Source: an uncultured Acidobacteriota bacterium (lineage in GTDB: Bacteria; Acidobacteriota; Terriglobia; UBA7540). From it: a DNA stretch of 64,000 nt. The stretch lies in NCBI GenBank assembly GCA_963804995.1, contig CAWDSK010000001.1:416001-480000 (forward strand). The letters run 5' to 3'. Below the pieces are notes generated by a model. The model saw only the letters and a program-made list of their open reading frames with translations. It had not been told where the DNA came from and did not search any database. The position numbers and the translations under genes were made by a program. Below are positions 27,945 through 36,446 of this stretch, piece after piece (the stretch's first letter is position 1; each line of letters begins with the position of its first letter).

Positions 27945-28671
27945 CGGGCTCTGGCAACTCAATCTGCATGGTCAGATTCATGAGCGGCGTGACTTCGCGG
28001 AAGACGGCGAGCATCGATTCCACCAGGTCGATGCCTGTGGCGCTGCGGACTTCCTCCTCCGTCATGGGGTAGAAGAGCTGAAAGCCCGCCCAATGATTCC
28101 CGGGGGCGGCGTCAAGCAGGCGGCGCAATTTCGTAACTCCGGGAAGATTCTCCTTCGTAAACTGCGACATTTCCGTTTCCCAACTGCCGGCGTAAAGGCC
28201 GAAGCCTTCGCGCAAAACCAGCCGGCGCAGTTCCCGCTCGATGGGTGTCCCGGGCCGCAGCCCCTTCATCAGCCGATGCCAATCCCAATCCTCCTTCAGT
28301 TGGCATTCGCGGAACGAACGGGGCGCCTTTACGTAGCCACGCTCAATCTGTAATCCGCACTTGAAGAGCTTCTCCTCCACCGAAATGAAGAACTTGGCGC
28401 AGCCGAAACTGACGTGTGAAGAAAGCGGTTTGGCCTCGCGATTGGCGCGCGGCAGGAAGGCAATCCACTGCCAGAAGACGCCGCGGCCCCAACGCTCCGT
28501 GACGAAACCTTGCTGGTAACGAGCTTCGAGCGCGAGTTTCAGGATGCGCGTAATGCGCTCGTTTTCCTCGAGATTGCCCACGTGAATGCCGCGGCGGAAA
28601 TCCAGGAATTCCGGCCGGAATCCGATGGCCACGGTGGGCAACGGCAAGTTAGCAGGAAGTTTTGGAGCCAT
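27934..28671 (-). CDS. Hypothetical protein
   Basis: Long ORF from MAPKLP with a GGAG upstream; no recognised motif. Confidence 0.65.
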   Translation of the reverse strand: MAPKLPANLPLPTVAIGFRPEFLDFRRGIHVGNLEENERITRILKLALEARYQQGFVTERWGRGVFWQWIAFLPRANREAKPLSSHVSFGCAKFFISVEEKLFKCGLQIERGYVKAPRSFRECQLKEDWDWHRLMKGLRPGTPIERELRRLVLREGFGLYAGSWETEMSQFTKENLPGVTKLRRLLDAAPGNHWAGFQLFYPMTEEEVRSATGIDLVESMLAVFREVTPLMNLTMQIELPEPATI

Positions 28672-28867
28672 AGGTTTTCTCCGGGAGGCCGCAATCTGTG
28701 CCACCGGTGGCTCAAGCCTACGCCTTGAAACTTCCGAGGTCAACCTCAGCTCCTTCACTCCGGTGCCTATAGGCAGCGGGTCAGTTTGCTGGCGCCGCGA
28801 GTTTGCCTTAGGGCTGTCCAAATTAGCGGGACACGCTGGCATTTGATGGGCTTCGCCCCCTGCTGTG

Positions 28868-29020
28868 CGGAAGGGCTCTGCCCTTCCCTGGGGTTTCTAC
28901 ATTTTGTATGCGAACTCCCCCCGCGCCAGGCCCCCGATTCCCGCAGGGCGACAGAAGAGCGGTTTGGCGACTATACGTCAAAGTGAGCACTCGGATTGTT
29001 TCCGAGTGGCCGACCATACG
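28868..29020. repeat. About 150-bp element with REP-like hairpin; inverted copy at 35090-35230
   Basis: cggaagggctctgcccttccctggggtttctacatttt...gtttccgagtgg is the reverse complement of cactcggaaac...aaatgtagaaactccagggaagggctctgcccttccg. Confidence 0.8.
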
Positions 29021-29260
29021 CGCGGAACCACCGTGCGCCACATCCGAGCATATCGCGGACGGCCATGTGAACGGGCGGCTGCCCTGGGCCTATGCTAGGC
29101 CTAGGCAGCATTCTCGGTGCGGGTAAGGATGGAGCCCAAGAAGTCGGGCATTCTTGGGATGTTCCGTAGGTCCCGGTTCAATCTTCGCGCCAGATCGAAG
29201 GCGCCACGTCTCGAAATCAGCCGAAATTCCGGCACGCCATTACCAATAACACCGGCAACC

Positions 29261-29327
29261 TCAACCAATATTCCTTCGCGGTTTTGGCGGGAGCGGCATT
29301 TCGATCTGAATCAAACAGGATGCGCAA
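29261..29327 (-). pseudogene. Internally deleted PIN-like (DUF5615-type) toxin stub
   Basis: TTG-RILFD start overlapping the DUF433 stop, joined directly to an out-of-frame tail IQIEMPLPPKPRR. Confidence 0.5.
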
Positions 29328-29538
29328 AGCGGTGACTCTGGGCGTAAGTTAAAATCGCCTCGACTCGTTCGGGCGGGATTTCAAACTGTTCGGCGATTTC
29401 AGCGGCGCTGACCCCATAATCGAAGTTGTTGACAATGGCGTCGACCGGCATCCGCGTGCCGCGCAGCACAGGGGCGCCGCTTTGCACTCCCGGCTTCACC
29501 TTGACGAGAGGGCAGTCCGACCAATCAATTTTTTCCAT
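29311..29538 (-). CDS. DUF433 domain antitoxin
   Basis: PGVQSGAPVLRGTRMPV..I......EIAEQF. Confidence 0.88.
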   Translation of the reverse strand: MEKIDWSDCPLVKVKPGVQSGAPVLRGTRMPVDAIVNNFDYGVSAAEIAEQFEIPPERVEAILTYAQSHRFAHPV

Positions 29539-29565
29539 GGCCGCCATAGCGACCTCCCAATCGAC

Positions 29566-29763
29566 TCATTCCGCTTGCAGACGCGCGGATTCCGCTTGCA
29601 ATTCTTCGGAAGAAACCTCGACCACTTTGCCTTCACGCCAGATATAAATTGGCAGGCCTTGGCGCGCATGCTCAACAATCACTTCCTCAACGGCGGCTTT
29701 GAACGCCAACTCAGCCCGTTGTTCCAATGGCAATTCGAGAACGTTTGCAGGTGGTTTTGTCAT
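29566..29763 (-). CDS. Small protein partnering the zeta-like ATPase
   Basis: AVEEVI.EHARQGLPIYIWREGKVV; start overlaps the upstream stop. Confidence 0.65.
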   Translation of the reverse strand: MTKPPANVLELPLEQRAELAFKAAVEEVIVEHARQGLPIYIWREGKVVEVSSEELQAESARLQAE

Positions 29764-30338
29764 TATCCCCCGTAGCGATCAATCAGCGTCTCATAAACCT
29801 CTCGTTTCATTATACGGGACTTACCCTCTTTCTCAAAGGCAATGACGGCCGGCGTCCCGCCGGAATTGTCAAATATGATCCACGAATCTCCAAGCTGGCG
29901 ATAGTCGGCAAAGAAGTTGCGTAGGGAGCGGCCAAAGCGCCGACGAACCGTAGACTCGGGAATATCGTGACCGCCTTCCAAGACTCGTCCTCTGATTCTC
30001 GTCAGGGCAAGATCAACGGTCGGCACCATCACATAGAAGAAATGCACCTGGTATCCGCGCTTCTTGAGACGGCGAATCAGGCCGAGATAACTCCGGCCTG
30101 CAAGCGTCGTCTCGAAACCCAAATCCTCGCCACGCTTCACGTAGCGATCGATTTCATCCAGCATCAGGCGTCCAGCGCGCCAAGCAACCGCTTCCGGTGA
30201 AAAAGGCGCTACCCCTTTTGCAATCAAATCGGCGTTGATGAAATTCTTACAATCGGCATAGGTCGGCAAGAATTTCGTTGCAAAAGTCGTTTTACCTGCA
30301 CCGTTTGGTCCGGCAATGATGTAGAGATTGGGGCTCAT
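29763..30338 (-). CDS. Zeta-toxin-like P-loop ATPase (COG4185 type)
   Basis: IIAGPNGAGKTT, FINADLIA, FETTLAG, RV.EGGHDIP...RRF.RSL.N, DNS. Confidence 0.88.
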   Translation of the reverse strand: MSPNLYIIAGPNGAGKTTFATKFLPTYADCKNFINADLIAKGVAPFSPEAVAWRAGRLMLDEIDRYVKRGEDLGFETTLAGRSYLGLIRRLKKRGYQVHFFYVMVPTVDLALTRIRGRVLEGGHDIPESTVRRRFGRSLRNFFADYRQLGDSWIIFDNSGGTPAVIAFEKEGKSRIMKREVYETLIDRYGG

Positions 30339-30520
30339 AAGTATCGAAGAGCGGTCATCGTCGGATATTATCTCACAGTGTTACGACGTTTCTCGTCACG
30401 AACATGAAGTGAAAAGCCGCACAGGTATCCGTCGGTTTACAGATACCTGTGGCTAACCGCTACCTGGCAGGGTGGCGTATTGCGGGATTAAAAATTTAGC
30501 GAGAGCATCGAGAGAATGCA

Positions 30521-30955
30521 TCAAGAGCGCAACTGCTTGATCAAAGCGGTGTCGTCCATCACAGCAATTCCGAGCTTATGAAGGAACACCGAAGCGGGCG
30601 GTTGGAAGAAATCCTGATCCGTTGTGCAAATCACGTCCGCTTCGCCGATAACGGCTGTTTGCAAAACGATCAGGTCGTTTACGTCGCGGATGGGCGCTGT
30701 AAACACCGGGTTAAGCGGAATTATCTCGGCAGTCTCCCGCAGGAATTCGACGAAATCGTATATCTGCGTTTCCGGCAACCTGTGGATGGCCATCACACGC
30801 GGGTAGCGCAACACCTTGGCAAGTTCATGAAGCATTTCATTCGAGAGGATTAACGGATGTTTGGCGGTGATGATGGCGAGTAACAGATGACGAGCCAGCC
30901 CATGAGGGCTTGCGCCTGCCCGAACGAGGATCGTGGTATCGAGAACAACTCTCAC
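30521..30955 (-). CDS. PIN-domain toxin (PIN_3 type)
   Basis: VVLDTTILV, E..EL..VL.YP, RD.ND..VL.TA..G.AD.I.T.D.D. Confidence 0.88.
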   Translation of the reverse strand: MRVVLDTTILVRAGASPHGLARHLLLAIITAKHPLILSNEMLHELAKVLRYPRVMAIHRLPETQIYDFVEFLRETAEIIPLNPVFTAPIRDVNDLIVLQTAVIGEADVICTTDQDFFQPPASVFLHKLGIAVMDDTALIKQLRS

Positions 30956-31224
30956 TGGTGGGGAGCGTAATGCGGCCGCGTACTACGCATGGCCTCAGTA
31001 ATGGCCTGTTCCGCTTCTTGGGCGGAAACCGATCTGCTGTTAGCATCTACTTGCGCAAAATAAGACTTAAGCGAATCGACGATTTCCTGCCGCCGTTGGT
31101 CGGAGAGGACCGGGGGCTCGAATGCACGTACACTCACGGCCTCGCCTTCAAGTATTTGGCGTCCGAGCAGGCTCTCAACAGCAGCCTTCTGGTCGGGGGA
31201 GAGATCCTTTGCCTTGTGTATCAT
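30952..31224 (-). CDS. Putative antitoxin
   Basis: 90 aa; GTGA overlap with the PIN gene. Confidence 0.65.
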   Translation of the reverse strand: MIHKAKDLSPDQKAAVESLLGRQILEGEAVSVRAFEPPVLSDQRRQEIVDSLKSYFAQVDANSRSVSAQEAEQAITEAMRSTRPHYAPHQ

Positions 31225-31471
31225 AGATTTCGCCTTACTGCTGTACGCTCACCCTAAGCTTACGATTTTAGCGCGCCATTGTCACGCGCTATCCTTGCAA
31301 AAACATCCAAAGTGACCTCCCCATAACCGGAATCGCAGAACTTCGTTCTGCGCCAGCGCAGATTTGGGCGTAGTTTGCCCTACTCTGCTCCCAGTAATCC
31401 TCAAAGGGGCAGGGGGTAGCCGAACATAAAGGACGTTATGTGTGGCTATGGTCGGAAGGGTTGCTGCATAC

Positions 31472-31501
31472 TTGACTTCCGGGGGTGGGAATTAGTATAC
31501 T
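31472..31501 (+). promoter_or_regulatory. Sigma70-like promoter
   Basis: TTGACT-18 nt-TATACT upstream of the 31528/31534 start. Confidence 0.5.
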
Positions 31502-31533
31502 GGGGATGCTAATTTACCATCGGGGGATTGAAA

Positions 31534-31842
31534 ATGACTAACACCAGGAAGCGCAAAACTCCGGCTGAAGTGGCAAACATTCTCGCAAAGATTTACGGAA
31601 AGGAGTTTGGTGGGAAGGATCGAGGTCGGTTCCAAATTTCGCGGGAAGGTCTGCGCGAGATTTCCGGGAAGAAGCGGCTAGAGGACCCTATAATAGCGGA
31701 AACAATCAATGAAAGTTACGAGCGCGGTTTCGTAGTGACTGATCTCGGCGAGGATTTCTCCGTGATCGAGGAGAGCGTCATGCGAAATTATCGGAAGGTT
31801 CCGAAGCAAATAATTGGCGAGTTCAGTCCAAAAGGCCGTTAG
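31534..31842 (+). CDS. Hypothetical protein
   Basis: Low-GC ORF with its own promoter; no recognised family. Confidence 0.6.
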   Translation: MTNTRKRKTPAEVANILAKIYGKEFGGKDRGRFQISREGLREISGKKRLEDPIIAETINESYERGFVVTDLGEDFSVIEESVMRNYRKVPKQIIGEFSPKGR

Positions 31843-32031
31843 CCGGAAAGCGCAGTGTTGGGCGTAGTTTGCCCTACTCTGCGGTACGTAAATTGGCAAT
31901 ACCAATGTGCGAATTTTGTGAATGGATGAGAGCCGCAGAGTAGTTCCAAAAAACGGAACAACTCTGCGCTACCGCTACCCGCTCCGGAAGGTCTTCGGGG
32001 ATGAAACTCGGGCTCGCCCCATGGAGGAAAC

Positions 32032-32316
32032 ATGGTAAAGATCGAAAATGTTGAGAGGAAGATTTTGAAAGTTGAAGCCTTCAAAGTTTGTTTCCGTCAC
32101 ATCAGTGGCCGAAATGTACGGGATGATAGGAAAGGCATTCCCCAGTATTCATACAAAAGTGCTGCTAGGGATTCATGGACAGTCGAGGATTGGAAAGCAA
32201 AACGATTCCGGCCACACTATCCAGGTTTTGAGGTGGATGTCAAATTCGGCTACGATCGGATAGCGTATGGGCACACCAAGCTGACAACCGTCCGCGATTC
32301 GTACCGTAGACAATAG
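32032..32316 (+). CDS. Hypothetical protein
   Basis: GGAGG RBS; 94 aa; low GC. Confidence 0.65.
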   Translation: MVKIENVERKILKVEAFKVCFRHISGRNVRDDRKGIPQYSYKSAARDSWTVEDWKAKRFRPHYPGFEVDVKFGYDRIAYGHTKLTTVRDSYRRQ

Positions 32317-32383
32317 GTGAACATCAACGCATCCACACCAGCCCTGCCCCTCGACTAAGAACTATGGTATCGCAGGAGGCGAA

Positions 32384-32731
32384 ATGAAAACCACGAGCTG
32401 GGAACTTTGCGAAAAACCAATTCGTTGCGCACCGGGAATTAAAGTCAATTACATCGAGCATTTCGACGCACGCGGTATGCGTCTAGTTTTTGGTCGGGGC
32501 GATCATTATGGCGGAGGTCGCACATTCAATATGCATGTTTGGCTCACGCGAGGTGGGCGTCTGCTAGCCCGATTTTGGTCACGCTCATCCGAGGTCGACG
32601 GGATGTCTCTTGAGGTTGTCGGGTTCTCTCCCACGATACCAGCAAGGAAAAAAGAGGCTCCTTTGGACGCGAGATGGGTGCCACAACTCCTTCGGGACGA
32701 ATATGACTATTGGATCGAGCACGAATGGTAA
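32384..32731 (+). CDS. Hypothetical protein
   Basis: AGGAGG RBS; 115 aa. Confidence 0.6.
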   Translation: MKTTSWELCEKPIRCAPGIKVNYIEHFDARGMRLVFGRGDHYGGGRTFNMHVWLTRGGRLLARFWSRSSEVDGMSLEVVGFSPTIPARKKEAPLDARWVPQLLRDEYDYWIEHEW

Positions 32732-32931
32732 ATTGAGTTAATCATATGCGTTCCTTGTATGAATAGACTGCCACCCTGCGGACTTCTGTCTCGGACAGTC
32801 TGAATCGCGCTCAAGTCCAGGTGTGCTGGGAAGGCTGGCTGCGACTTAGGCATCGACGCACATTGGTCGCCCGAGTCGCAGATCGTTGCTCTGCCCCAAC
32901 CCGCCCTCACACCCGAATAGGAGTCGAACCC

Positions 32932-33816
32932 ATGAATTATTGGAAGGTGTACTGTATGGAGGACTACTGGCCGGGTCTGTGGCAGCGCTGGTTCAAGAAC
33001 CAATGCGTTGCTGTCGGGTGGAATCCAGCGGAGGGTTGGACGCTAAACGGCGGAGCTGGGGGTGAAGGATGGGCGGCGGCGCGCAATGGGCTAAAACTGA
33101 TATCGAAGGGCGACCTCATCGTAGTCCAGCTCAAAGACAGCCGGGTCGGGCGAATTGGCGAGGTGGTCTGCAAACGAGTTCGGGACAACGAATGGGATCC
33201 CTTGGTTCCTCGAAGTGAGACGATGCCTGACGGCGAAATGGGACGACGCGTAATTGTGCGTTGGGATCTCAACGTTGGGCCAAGCGACCCGGGCACGGTT
33301 GTCAAGCTGCCCGTGGCGAAGCGCCTTCCGAGGGGGGCGTTGCTAGGGACAATAAGGCGGCTGAGTCCAACAGTGTTCAAGTCCGTCGAGCTTGCCATGA
33401 ACGACGAGGCGAACTGGGTCCCCCTGTTTGCACAGTTCGGCCATGAGAGCGCGCTCTCAGATTATATTGGAACATATCCCCAAAAACTCGAAGATGGGCT
33501 GCAACCCTACCCCTCCGCGAAGGTCCGCGAACGTGTTTTCCATGATAGGTCGCGTTCCGACGTTTTATTGATTGACCGGAACGAGAGGCCAGTGGTGGTC
33601 GAATGCAAGCAGGACGCGCCTACTCTGAGCCACGTGCGGCAGATTCGGAAATACCTGAAGAATCTTGGCCGTGAGACCCACTCGAAACCACGCGGCATCC
33701 TTGTTCATGGAGGAGCTCGAAAGCTCCGTCGCGACGTGCGTCGCGCCATCAATCAGAAACCGCAAATCGAAGTGGTGCAGTATTCGTTCAAGGTTGATTT
33801 CGCGCCGTGCAACTGA
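32932..33816 (+). CDS. NucS/DUF91-like PD-(D/E)xK endonuclease with an N-terminal EVE/PUA-like domain
   Basis: YWKV..VAVGW..KGDLIVV N-domain; ESALSDYI, RSDVLLID..VVVECK, QIRKY, RGILV. Confidence 0.75.
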   Translation: MNYWKVYCMEDYWPGLWQRWFKNQCVAVGWNPAEGWTLNGGAGGEGWAAARNGLKLISKGDLIVVQLKDSRVGRIGEVVCKRVRDNEWDPLVPRSETMPDGEMGRRVIVRWDLNVGPSDPGTVVKLPVAKRLPRGALLGTIRRLSPTVFKSVELAMNDEANWVPLFAQFGHESALSDYIGTYPQKLEDGLQPYPSAKVRERVFHDRSRSDVLLIDRNERPVVVECKQDAPTLSHVRQIRKYLKNLGRETHSKPRGILVHGGARKLRRDVRRAINQKPQIEVVQYSFKVDFAPCN

Positions 33817-34157
33817 GACGGGTAAGGACATTCCGCCAGATGCCGGAATTGTTGGAGCGCCTCGTTCGCGCCTTTGACAACCGCGGCTTTTCATCCAATA
33901 TCGAGCCTTTCATTTTCAAATCCGCGTGCGCCCATCAATGGCCCAGAGTGCGCGATCGTTGCCAAGCCACATCGGTCACATTGAAACGGTGGGTTCCGAC
34001 GTCACACCGCGATAATCTACGTGGCTCCGCCGCGGGGCACAAGGCCAAAAAGCCGTGGACCTCGCGAAGCAGGTCCGCACTACTTGCTTAGTCTAATGTT
34101 TAGCTAAAATGCCGGATATAACCTCCTCAATGTAAAAGAAGTATTATCACGATGTGT

Positions 34158-34188
34158 TTGACATGATGGGGGAAAACATATGTATAAT
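34158..34188 (+). promoter_or_regulatory. Promoter of the AbiE-like operon
   Basis: TTGACA-19 nt-TATAAT. Confidence 0.5.
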
Positions 34189-34205
34189 TTCCCCCGGGAG
34201 ATGGC

Positions 34206-34799
34206 ATGGATTCCGTCGCAGGTTCGGTTCTCAAGCGAATTCGGGTGCACGGGCGCCGGTGGGTATTTACGCCTCGGGACTTCCTCGCTTTGGGCACGCG
34301 CCGGGCGGTTGATCGCGCGTTAGCGCGATTGACACAAGACAAGACCATCCGTCGCCTAGCCCACGGTCTTTATGATTATCCCCGCGTTCACAAGAAGCTG
34401 GGCATTCTTGCTCCAAACCCGGATGATGTGGCCGCGGTACTGGCTGCGAAGACGGGAAGCCGGGTACAGGTGTCGGGCGCGCGCGCGGCGAACTTGCTGG
34501 GGCTCACCGACCAAGTCCCCGCTCAGTTGGTGTATCTCACTGACGGCCCCGCCCATCGCGTTAAGATCGGCGCCCAAACGATTCAGTTGAAACCCGCCAG
34601 GCCATCGCGGTTCCCCGGAGCAGGCACGCCGGCAGGGCTGGCTCTCCAGGCGATCCGCGCGGCCGGGCCCCATGCGAACCAAGACTTCGTGGTTCGACAG
34701 TTGTCCCGCGCCCTGAGCGCTCGCGACCGCGCACAACTTGCCAAACTAATAAAACACGCCCCCGCCTGGAGTCATGAGATCATACGGCAATTGACATGA
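34206..34799 (+). CDS. DUF6088/AbiEi-like type IV TA antitoxin
   Basis: VFTPRDFL..GTRRAVDRALARL, RLAHGLYDYP, GA.AANLLGLTDQVP, YLTDGP. Confidence 0.85.
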   Translation: MDSVAGSVLKRIRVHGRRWVFTPRDFLALGTRRAVDRALARLTQDKTIRRLAHGLYDYPRVHKKLGILAPNPDDVAAVLAAKTGSRVQVSGARAANLLGLTDQVPAQLVYLTDGPAHRVKIGAQTIQLKPARPSRFPGAGTPAGLALQAIRAAGPHANQDFVVRQLSRALSARDRAQLAKLIKHAPAWSHEIIRQLT

Positions 34800-35069
34800 A
34801 AACATCCCCGCGGCCTTCGCGCGGTTGAGGATCTCAATCTGCTGGAGCAAGTCGTGGAGCATAAGCAGCACTTTTTCCGGGAGGGCGGGGCGCGGTATGA
34901 ACTCGCTAAGAAGGGAACTCTCCGCCTTGCGCCCGGCCCCCAGCTCGAAGCGGCCCTCCGCAGGGACTACGAGAAAATGCGAGAGATGTACTTTGGTCAG
35001 GAACCCGACTTCAACGCCGTGATGACCGACATCCGCGAGCTTGAAAAAGCGTTTAACGCGCGAGAATAG
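34796..35069 (+). pseudogene. AbiEii nucleotidyltransferase toxin, C-terminal remnant
   Basis: DLNLLEQVVEHKQHFF..ARYELAK.GTLRLAP..LRRDY.KM.EM.FG..PDF; catalytic N-terminal part absent. Confidence 0.8.
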
Positions 35070-35089
35070 AGTGTCTGAGGGTCAAGCCT

Positions 35090-35230
35090 GGATGACGGGT
35101 CACTCGGAAACCATCCACTTGGCTGATAAACGCCCGAACCGCGCTTCTGGGGTGGCCCGTGATGGGGGCCGAGGCGGCGTAATGCACATCCGAAATGTAG
35201 AAACTCCAGGGAAGGGCTCTGCCCTTCCGA
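35090..35230. repeat. Inverted copy of the 28868-29020 element
   Basis: See 28868-29020. Confidence 0.8.
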
Positions 35231-35249
35231 CCCATCGCCCACATTTTCT

Positions 35250-35300
35250 CCTCCTCCGCGCCGCCTGGAAGGATGTACCTTCCAGGCGGCGCGGAGGAGG
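35250..35300. repeat. Perfect 23-bp-stem hairpin
   Basis: cctcctccgcgccgcctggaagg-atgta-ccttccaggcggcgcggaggagg. Confidence 0.9.
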
Positions 35301-35510
35301 TTATGGGTGGTCTCCCGCAACGGAAAGGCGCAGCCTTTCCGCACAGCGAGCGGCGGAGCCGCAGGGTACCCCTCGGTGAGCGGATCGTAGATTTGACGAC
35401 CCTGAGCTTACCTCTCCAAATGGCGGCGTAATGCCGCCACTACATACAATTGACGCCCCCGGGACAGGTTGCTAAGATGGCAGGTTAAGCATTCGGAAGG
35501 AGCCCAGACT

Positions 35511-36239
35511 GTGGATCGCCTGACGCGGCATCAACTCAAGCAAGACGAATTTCGCGATACCCTCGAGCAATTTGAGGACTATTTCAAAAAGCACTACAAG
35601 GAAATCCTGAACGTCTCGATTATGGTCGTGGTGGTGGTGGGATTGGCCGGCGGCCTGAAGTATTACACCGACCGTCAGGAAGCCCAAGCCAACGCCGATC
35701 TGGGCGCCGCGCTAACGACGTTTCGCTCCTACGTGGGCCAGCCTGAGCCAGGCGCTGCGGAGGCCGGTGCAACCTCCTTCACCAACGCCCAGGATAAATA
35801 CAAGAAAGCGCTCGGGGAGTTCGAAGCCATCCTAAATAAATATAAGATGTTTCCACGCCCCAAGGCAGTTGAGATCGCGCGCTACCAGGCAGGAGTGTGC
35901 CAGGCGCTCCTGGGGGATCACGCCGCCGCCGTGCAGTCGCTCGAAGAGGCCGGCCGCGACCGCGATGCGGAAGTCGCTTCGCTCGCCAAGTTTGCTCTGG
36001 CAGGTGAGCTGGCGAAGGCGGGTAAGACCTCCGACGCAGCCAAGCTCTACCAGGAACTGGCAGACCATCCCACGGTGTCGGTGCCGAAAGCGAGTGCCTT
36101 GCTGGCCCTGGCGGATTCGTATCGCGTTTCGCAGCCCGCCCAGGCACGCCAGATTTACGAGCGGCTGGGGAAAGAATACGCCACCAACGCCGCGATATCC
36201 CAGAGCATCAAGCAGCAGATGGCCCTCCTCGCGCCCTAG
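35511..36239 (+). CDS. Membrane-anchored TPR protein (YfgM-like)
   Basis: RLTRHQLKQDEF, one TM, helical repeats; GTG after a GGAG RBS. Confidence 0.8.
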   Translation: MDRLTRHQLKQDEFRDTLEQFEDYFKKHYKEILNVSIMVVVVVGLAGGLKYYTDRQEAQANADLGAALTTFRSYVGQPEPGAAEAGATSFTNAQDKYKKALGEFEAILNKYKMFPRPKAVEIARYQAGVCQALLGDHAAAVQSLEEAGRDRDAEVASLAKFALAGELAKAGKTSDAAKLYQELADHPTVSVPKASALLALADSYRVSQPAQARQIYERLGKEYATNAAISQSIKQQMALLAP

Positions 36240-36446
36240 GGTGACCGGCGCGGGGGTCGCCTGAATTTCGAGCCCAGGGATTTCTGCGCACCGGCACACC
36301 CAGAATTTGCATAGGGTTTTCCGGCCCGCCCTGAACGGGCCCAGCCCTGCCGATTGCCCTGAAGGAGTTCCGTTCGTGCTGCAAGTTGAACCTGCAACGC
36401 CTGACCCTTATTTGTATATCCTTAAATTGTTATTATGGTGTAATGA

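Larger units (their letters stand above)
31355..31882. repeat. 34-bp direct repeats (31355-31388, 31849-31882) flanking one gene
   Basis: agcgcag(at/tg)ttgggcgtagtttgccctactctgc occurs twice. Confidence 0.85.

Noticed and set aside
31322..31441. Integron attC site (CATAAC...GTTATG)
   Set aside because: The ends are complementary but inner L boxes are not evident, there is no integrase, and the pattern does not repeat after neighbouring genes
31355..31882. CRISPR array from the 34-bp repeats
   Set aside because: Only two copies about 460 bp apart and no cas genes; no CRISPR array was seen anywhere in the window
12900..35300. Prophage or integrative element as the carrier of the accessory regions
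   Set aside because: No integrase, phage structural gene, conjugation gene or tRNA attachment site was seen
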